Origin: a virus
Taxonomy: Duplodnaviria > Caudoviricetes
Direction: 5' to 3' (one strand)
DNA: 31,479 nucleotides
IMG/VR virus record: IMGVR_UViG_3300020045_004362
Coordinates: 1 to 31,479 of that record
In this document: piece after piece, positions 26,373 to 31,479 of the stretch
Position numbering within the stretch: position 1 is the stretch's first letter
Layout of the letters: every line of letters starts with the position of its first letter
Program-made: the position numbers and the translations under genes
The notes under the pieces: generated by a model
Seen by the model: the letters and a program-made list of their open reading frames with translations, nothing else
What the model was told of the DNA's origin: nothing
The model's database searches: none

Positions 26373-26520
26373 CCACACGTCTTATCCATGACTGGCCTCC
26401 CGCAGTTTTGCGTTCTCTGCCCGCAGTTCGACAACCTCATCACGTGATGCTGCAAGCGCCTTATCAATCAGAGCGATCGACGTTTTAATCCGCTTGTGCG
26501 CCGGCCAGTTATCGACACGT

Positions 26521-26937
26521 CTACCCATCATTTGAGCAATCGCGGGCCTTCACTCGCCAGCATTCCGCAACGTCGCGCGCCACCAGATCGGCATCGCGTG
26601 CTGCAAAGGCGCGTTGGATGGTGAGAGCGGCGGCTTCATAGTCAAATTCATCGTCGAACATTGATGCTGCACCATCAATGTCGTGAGCCAGTTCCACCGC
26701 CCACTGCTCAGGCTGCTCGGCGTGGTGTTCGGTATCGTTCGAGCGAGCATCTTCAACCCGGTGCGCATCAATCGCCGCCGCAAAGTCGCGCTCCCAGTCG
26801 TTCGGGTTGTGATCCTCACTCATCATCCAGTGGCGGACCAGATCAAGCGTGGTCCCGCCTGCAAAAGGTTTGCCGTCCATGATGGCACGTACTTGGGCTA
26901 TGGTTGCTTCGGCGTGGTGTTCGGTCTGGTTGGTCAT
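26521..26937 (-). CDS. Chimeric accessory protein built from modules shared with neighbouring genes
   Basis: TNQTEHHAEA, QPEQWAVEL and AALTIQRAFAARDADLV modules. Confidence 0.6.
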   Translation of the reverse strand: MTNQTEHHAEATIAQVRAIMDGKPFAGGTTLDLVRHWMMSEDHNPNDWERDFAAAIDAHRVEDARSNDTEHHAEQPEQWAVELAHDIDGAASMFDDEFDYEAAALTIQRAFAARDADLVARDVAECWRVKARDCSNDG

Positions 26938-27143
26938 GCTTCATACTCCGCAATCCGACGATTCTTTTCGGCAGCGCCAAAAACATCTTCGCATTCACCG
27001 CCGCACGCAGGGCAATATCCCAAATCCAGCGGCATATGCCGGGTCGGGTGTTCCTTGAGTTCCCATAAGCCGCCCATCCATCCGCATTGCGGGCATTCGG
27101 TCCACTTTTCGTCGCGGTAATCTGTTTCGGTCTTATCGGTCAC
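26934..27143 (-). CDS. Small zinc-ribbon protein
   Basis: CPQCG...CPACGG. Confidence 0.6.
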   Translation of the reverse strand: MTDKTETDYRDEKWTECPQCGWMGGLWELKEHPTRHMPLDLGYCPACGGECEDVFGAAEKNRRIAEYEA

Positions 27144-27397
27144 GGCCGGTCCTTTGGGGTGTGAAGGCGTCGGCGGGCTGCAATCTGCGCAAGATGAGAT
27201 TGCGAAACCTTACCGCCGTTGATTGTGCGGATGCCTGTAGCCTCGCAGTAATCACAGCGACCCTTCATGCTGAAATACCCGCCGCCGCAACCAGCGGTGT
27301 AGGTTTGCAGATATTCCCCTTCACCCGCGCACATGGTGCAAGTTTCGAGGTAATCCATGCCTGCGATGAGGTTGCAGTTTCGTTCGCACTTATCCAT
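27140..27397 (-). CDS. Small protein with DnaJ-like CxxCxGxG zinc motifs
   Basis: CTMCAGEG...CDYCEATG. Confidence 0.55.
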   Translation of the reverse strand: MDKCERNCNLIAGMDYLETCTMCAGEGEYLQTYTAGCGGGYFSMKGRCDYCEATGIRTINGGKVSQSHLAQIAARRRLHTPKDRP

Positions 27398-27680
27398 GAC
27401 TGACCTCGCGTGATTTGAGGGCGGCAGAAATGACCTGCATCGCGTCGTCTGCATCGTCGGGGTTTTGGAAACCAATGACCAACTTGCGGGCGCGGTGTTC
27501 GCCAACGTGATGAGGCTCGGTCATCATGAACCCACCCTTTGCCAAAGCCCCCACCAGATCGGCCTCGCGTGCTGCAAATGCGCGTTGGATGGTGAGAGCG
27601 GCTGTTTTACCATCGTCGCCATTCATCATGCAGATTTGGTAGTAAAGTTCCACCGCCCACTGCTCGGGTTGCGTGGTCAT
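27390..27680 (-). CDS. Hypothetical accessory protein
   Basis: GGAGG SD and ATGA overlap; QPEQWAVEL and AALTIQRAFAAREADLV modules. Confidence 0.6.
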   Translation of the reverse strand: MTTQPEQWAVELYYQICMMNGDDGKTAALTIQRAFAAREADLVGALAKGGFMMTEPHHVGEHRARKLVIGFQNPDDADDAMQVISAALKSREVSHG

Positions 27681-28171
27681 GACGATGCCTCCGGTGCCGC
27701 ATAGTGAAGCACCACACCGCGCACATGCTGCAACTCGCCAGACAGGTGCCGCGAGATGGTGGGGGACGATACACCGAGAGCGTTTGCCGCTTCGCGCTGG
27801 TTTGCAAAAACCTCTCCGGTGCTGCTCACGATCCGGCGCAGTCCGCCATAGAGCGCAAAGCCGTTGCGGTTGCACACCGGCAACGGATCGTACTTCCGCG
27901 ACTGTGCCACGGCAAGTTGCAGCGCTTTCTTGCGGTCGTCAGCCGTTGCGACGATGCGGACCATGACGTGTCCGCCGCTGGCAAAGATACGCGTCCATTC
28001 GCTGTTGATGCGCCCTTCGAGCAACTTGTACACGTCCACCAGTTTGGACGATCCGACCATGATGCACACGGGAGGCTCGTCCGCTTTCAACGTCGCCCAA
28101 TGCTCGTAAACGCACCACTGCGACAGGACGGTTTGGGTGTTGACGATGATGCTGCAATTATCGTGGTTCAT
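27677..28171 (-). CDS. Degenerate GIY-YIG-like domain plus NUMOD1/IENR1-type HTH
   Basis: CVYEH...IMVGSS...CN; C-terminal TGEVFANQREAANALGVSSPTISRHLSG; AGGAG SD. Confidence 0.6.
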   Translation of the reverse strand: MNHDNCSIIVNTQTVLSQWCVYEHWATLKADEPPVCIMVGSSKLVDVYKLLEGRINSEWTRIFASGGHVMVRIVATADDRKKALQLAVAQSRKYDPLPVCNRNGFALYGGLRRIVSSTGEVFANQREAANALGVSSPTISRHLSGELQHVRGVVLHYAAPEASS

Positions 28172-28192
28172 GTGTCGTCTCCTATGTTGCGT

Positions 28193-28220
28193 AACATACG
28201 TAAAGTTTTGTGCGTGTCAA
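28193..28220 (-). promoter_or_regulatory. Putative sigma70-type leftward promoter
   Basis: TTGACA-N16-TATGTT. Confidence 0.5.
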
Positions 28221-28224
28221 GCAT

Positions 28225-28292
28225 CTGCGGCATTCTCCCGCCCCTGAAATTCTTCCCCTCCTGCGGCATTCTCCCGCCCCTGAAATTCTTCC
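28225..28292. repeat. Two 32-bp direct repeats, 36-bp period
   Basis: CTGCGGCATTCTCCCGCCCCTGAAATTCTTCC at 28225 and 28261. Confidence 0.95.
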
Positions 28293-28444
28293 GCCCCACG
28301 ATTTAACCAGATTGGCACTTTTCGACTATTGCGAACGATTATCGTTACATTTGCAACCACTTTTCCGCTATTGCGACGCATTATTAGTTTCATTTGCAAC
28401 CAGTTTCGGGTGAAAAATGGCGGTTTTCTGCGGTTTTTCGGCCC

Positions 28445-28627
28445 TGAGCAGCGCCCTGCGGCCCTGTGCAGGCCGGACGTGGATGAGCAGCGCCCTGCGG
28501 CCCTGTGCAGGCCGGACGTGGATGAGCAGCGCCCTGCGGCCCTGTGCAGGCCGGACGTGGATGAGCAGCGCCCTGCGGCCCTGTGCAGGCCGGACGTGGA
28601 TGAGCAGCGCCCTGCGGCCCTGTGCAG
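28445..28627. repeat. Perfect 39-bp tandem repeat, 4 full copies plus 27 bp
   Basis: TGAGCAGCGCCCTGCGGCCCTGTGCAGGCCGGACGTGGA at 28445, 28484, 28523, 28562; partial copy at 28601. Confidence 0.97.
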
Positions 28628-28731
28628 CTTACCAGCGTCAATGTGACATGGCGTTACGGCTCCCTAAACAAATAAGACGCGCCGAATTGCTAGGGCGCGT
28701 CTCAGTTACTCAGGCGGGGATCGTGTGGCGG

Positions 28732-28920
28732 TTAATCGCGTTGTTCCACCGAATAAACATTATCGGGGAATCTTTCACGCAATTCAGAAGCGCGTTGTTC
28801 AGCTAAGCCACGCTCGCTTTCCTGATAGTTGAAAGAATCGCAATGGTCCGGGCGCGGATATGGCCTACCGCATAAAATAGGGCCAATACCGTCAATTGTG
28901 GCGGTTATTACATATTTCAT
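28732..28920 (-). CDS. Hypothetical early protein
   Basis: GGAGAG SD; ATGA overlap. Confidence 0.55.
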   Translation of the reverse strand: MKYVITATIDGIGPILCGRPYPRPDHCDSFNYQESERGLAEQRASELRERFPDNVYSVEQRD

Positions 28921-29126
28921 GCTACGGACTCTCCAAGAATTGCTTGGCGCGCCTGCCAATGGTTGCGAGCAATGACGCGCGCCTTGCGCTCGCTTGTCGC
29001 ATATCCGATATTATCGCCACGGAAAAACACGGCCCAACTAGGGCGCGCTAAACCGCGATAAGCCCGCGCAATATTGTATCCGTGGCGCATTGCCTTGAAG
29101 CGATAGGCTTCTGATTCTATCGTCAT
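28917..29126 (-). CDS. Hypothetical early protein
   Basis: GGGAG SD; overlapping chain of genes. Confidence 0.55.
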   Translation of the reverse strand: MTIESEAYRFKAMRHGYNIARAYRGLARPSWAVFFRGDNIGYATSERKARVIARNHWQARQAILGESVA

Positions 29127-29377
29127 GTTACGGACTCCCATTCCGGCAAAATATCGTCAAACAGGAAAGCTTTGCAGTCTTCTGACAATGCCAGCGCTGC
29201 GGGGCCGTCGTCATGTTCCGGGCAATCCGTGTCGATCAAGTCGCCGGTTTCATCAAATTCAAACCAATACGATCTATCCCGCAACGTGCTGCAAGGCCAT
29301 TGACGATTAAACGCCCGGACGGATTCACGCGATACGATAACTTTACGGCTATCGCCGTTCCATATAGTGATGCTCAT
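29123..29377 (-). CDS. Hypothetical early protein
   Basis: FNRQWPCS...FEFDETGDLID; overlapping chain of genes. Confidence 0.6.
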   Translation of the reverse strand: MSITIWNGDSRKVIVSRESVRAFNRQWPCSTLRDRSYWFEFDETGDLIDTDCPEHDDGPAALALSEDCKAFLFDDILPEWESVT

Positions 29378-29754
29378 ACCATGCCCCCTACGCCAGCTTG
29401 CACGCGTTGCTCAGGCGATAACCAAAGCCCGCGCCTGTTCAATTCGTGCAGCATAGCCTTTTGCGTTTCTCCGCGTTCATGGATCGCTTGAATGATAACT
29501 TGCCAGCCATACCGCAACCGATGTGCACGGATAGCAGCGTCAATCGCTGCTATAGTTTGGCGCATGGTACGGCGTTGCATGTGGCTGTTAACCAAACCGC
29601 CTGTGCTGCCTTGTGCGTACAAGCGCGGGCGATACGTTCCCCAGCCTGCAACATCGGCCCATTGCAAATATCCGCAATCTTCGCGCTTGAAATGCAACGC
29701 GGCATTGTACCGTGCGCAAGCGTCTGTGACGTGCTTGTGAGTTATGCGGTTCAT
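29374..29754 (-). CDS. Hypothetical early protein
   Basis: ATGA overlaps at both ends. Confidence 0.6.
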   Translation of the reverse strand: MNRITHKHVTDACARYNAALHFKREDCGYLQWADVAGWGTYRPRLYAQGSTGGLVNSHMQRRTMRQTIAAIDAAIRAHRLRYGWQVIIQAIHERGETQKAMLHELNRRGLWLSPEQRVQAGVGGMV

Positions 29755-30338
29755 GCGATGTTCCCTTCGCTGTCAAATTCGTATTCGTTGCACAGAATGC
29801 AATCGTCAACGTATTCGTCGCTGTTAAGATAGTCCCACTGCGCGGAAACCTGCATTGCAATCCAATGCGCAAAGTCTGTCAACGGTTCGGCAATATCTTC
29901 GCAATCCGATTCAACGCGCTGCGACGTTCCGTCACGTCCGCGAGTCTCACAAGTTGCGGTAATGCGATAGAAATTGCGACGTTGAACGGATTGCAACGTA
30001 TCCGCGATAGTGTGCAACGTCTCGTCCTGTGGCGCGTGCGCACGGATTGCTTTAGGTGCGCCCTTTGCGTAGCTATACCAGCCCGCGAATGCAGCGCTAT
30101 CGGGATTTAGCGCCCAGTAAATGACAGGATCATGGCGCGTTGAACCGCCCATGAGGGGGACTCGTTCCGTCTTAAATTCAATCCCTAGAATCCGTGCGAT
30201 AGTTTGCCAGTCGTCATAATCGGGCAGTTCATCCGGTTCAATGCAACCGCGAAACCAGTTGCGCGCTGTTCCCTTCGCGTCTTCGCTCAATTCCGCAAAC
30301 TGGTAAAGTGTGCGCTGCGATGTTTCAATGCGTGCCAT
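29751..30338 (-). CDS. Conserved acidic phage/plasmid protein (family often labelled 'antitoxin of TA stability system')
   Basis: LYQFAELSEDAK..ARNW at the N-terminus and YLNSDEYVDD.I..NEYEF..G at the C-terminus; GGAG SD. Confidence 0.65.
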   Translation of the reverse strand: MARIETSQRTLYQFAELSEDAKGTARNWFRGCIEPDELPDYDDWQTIARILGIEFKTERVPLMGGSTRHDPVIYWALNPDSAAFAGWYSYAKGAPKAIRAHAPQDETLHTIADTLQSVQRRNFYRITATCETRGRDGTSQRVESDCEDIAEPLTDFAHWIAMQVSAQWDYLNSDEYVDDCILCNEYEFDSEGNIA

Positions 30339-30351
30339 GTGGTTAACTCCG

Positions 30352-30696
30352 TTAAAGAATTGCGGAAATTGCCACCATTGCGGCAATGCAACCGAGCGCT
30401 ACAAATTCCGCAGCACGCGTCAAATGTGCGCCAAGCGCGCGGTCCTGTGCAAGCCATGCGTCGAAAGCGTGCCGCGCGCTACCTGTGCCGATGTTGAGGA
30501 AGGCGACAGTGCGACCCGTGCGGTTGTCCATAATGTCAATGCAATTGCCGCAATGGACATAGCTATACCTTGGACGCTTGCGAGTCTGTGCCAGATATAC
30601 CGAACCGCCTAGCGCGCCAATGCGCCAATGGTAAAGCCCGCCGATACGTTTCACGCTAACCAGCTTGCGGCGCTTGAATGTTACGTTAGTGTCCAT
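30352..30696 (-). CDS. Hypothetical protein with C-terminal hydrophobic segment
   Basis: GGAG SD; KRIGGLYHWRIGALGGS. Confidence 0.55.
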   Translation of the reverse strand: MDTNVTFKRRKLVSVKRIGGLYHWRIGALGGSVYLAQTRKRPRYSYVHCGNCIDIMDNRTGRTVAFLNIGTGSARHAFDAWLAQDRALGAHLTRAAEFVALGCIAAMVAISAIL

Positions 30697-30725
30697 GTCA
30701 GTTACTCCGGTTTCGTGGCGTTACG

Positions 30726-31021
30726 CTCTCTTAACGTCAAAGCGTGCGGCATGTCAAGCGTTACAGTTGATCCAATCCAACAATGCCGCGCGGGAAATAC
30801 GCTTATCGTCTAGTTTGTAATTCCACCGCAGGCACGCACCTGTCGCCATTCCTCGATTGATCATTGCGGATGTTAGTTTCATCTCCAAAACTTTACCAAT
30901 AATTACCCCTTTGACGTTGGCGTAACCCTTGACTTGATACTGCGAAAGCGCCAATCCTTCCAAGCTGGCAAATGCGGTTTGAGGCGTCATGTCTGTCACT
31001 CTCTTAACGTCAAAGCGTGCG
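30726..31021. repeat. 23-bp direct repeat upstream of two consecutive leftward genes
   Basis: CTCTCTTAACGTCAAAGCGTGCG at 30726-30748 and 30999-31021. Confidence 0.9.
30754..30999 (-). CDS. Hypothetical protein
   Basis: ORF lying between the two 23-bp repeats. Confidence 0.55.
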   Translation of the reverse strand: MTDMTPQTAFASLEGLALSQYQVKGYANVKGVIIGKVLEMKLTSAMINRGMATGACLRWNYKLDDKRISRAALLDWINCNA

Positions 31022-31250
31022 CAATCTTAGACGTGAAGACGGTCCTAAGGTAGCACGCGCGTATGACGAAGCGTTCGGACATTCACCGCGCGCAACGGCT
31101 ATGCTTTTCAAGCACGCGCCCGACTTGCTACAAGCGTTGCGCGCGGTAATAGACTGTGCAGGCATTACCAGCTTGCCGGGATATAAACCGGAATTAGACG
31201 CTGCAATGCGTGACGCGCGCAACATCATCGATAAGGTAGACGCCACATGA
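31017..31250 (+). CDS. Hypothetical phage protein (APDLLQAL motif)
   Basis: APDLL.AL motif common in phage accessory proteins; start uncertain. Confidence 0.5.
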   Translation: MRNLRREDGPKVARAYDEAFGHSPRATAMLFKHAPDLLQALRAVIDCAGITSLPGYKPELDAAMRDARNIIDKVDAT

Positions 31251-31479
31251 CACAACACACCCCCGCAGCGCTTGCAGCGCACGCTACAACCCCGCCCCTG
31301 TGTCCCTATCTACAAGCCAGCCACAGGACGCTAGCACGCCATGCCGCACGGCCTGACTTCGACCGTAACGCGGCCCTCCGACTGTTGCGCAATAACGCGC
31401 GCGATGCGATCCGCAGCTATTGCCGCCTGCATCGCATATCGCGCGCAACATTCGACGATAGCGCGCTAGAACGTGTGAC
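31247..31479 (+). CDS. 3'-truncated hypothetical protein
   Basis: ATGA overlap; frame open to the end of the window. Confidence 0.4.
   Translation, partial: MTQHTPAALAAHATTPPLCPYLQASHRTLARHAARPDFDRNAALRLLRNNARDAIRSYCRLHRISRATFDDSALERV

Noticed and set aside
28445-28627. 39-bp repeats as a CRISPR array, or as coding ORFs (28329-28646, 28417-28806)
   Set aside because: Units are contiguous and identical with no unique spacers. The ORFs arise because 39 is a multiple of 3 and the unit lacks stops in those frames.
29751-30338. Toxin-antitoxin module
   Set aside because: The family label is not backed by a function I can support, and no recognisable toxin gene is adjacent

Overview
Fragment of a tailed dsDNA phage genome (GC-rich, probably with a proteobacterial host; host is inferred only). 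From left to right: (1) the end of a virion/ejection gene, a tailspike with a P22-like head-binding domain, a second receptor-binding protein, a DUF3380-type endolysin, holin-like genes and overlapping spanins; (2) a convergent replication operon (family B DNA polymerase, DUF3310, SSB-like protein, DUF2800/Cas4-like nuclease); (3) a divergent operon with a beta-clamp-like protein, SF2 helicase and VRR-NUC nuclease; (4) a primase-helicase and an orphan DNA methyltransferase; (5) a long array of small leftward accessory genes with shuffled modules, a DfrB/R67-like domain, an RHH cassette and a 39-bp tandem repeat. The most striking feature is a 307-aa intein in the helicase (14567-15487). It has no in-frame endonuclease but carries a complete 255-aa HNH-type endonuclease gene in the +1 frame (14712-15479), with its own Shine-Dalgarno site and overlapping conserved splicing motifs. 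All family assignments come from visual motif recognition; no database searches were run.
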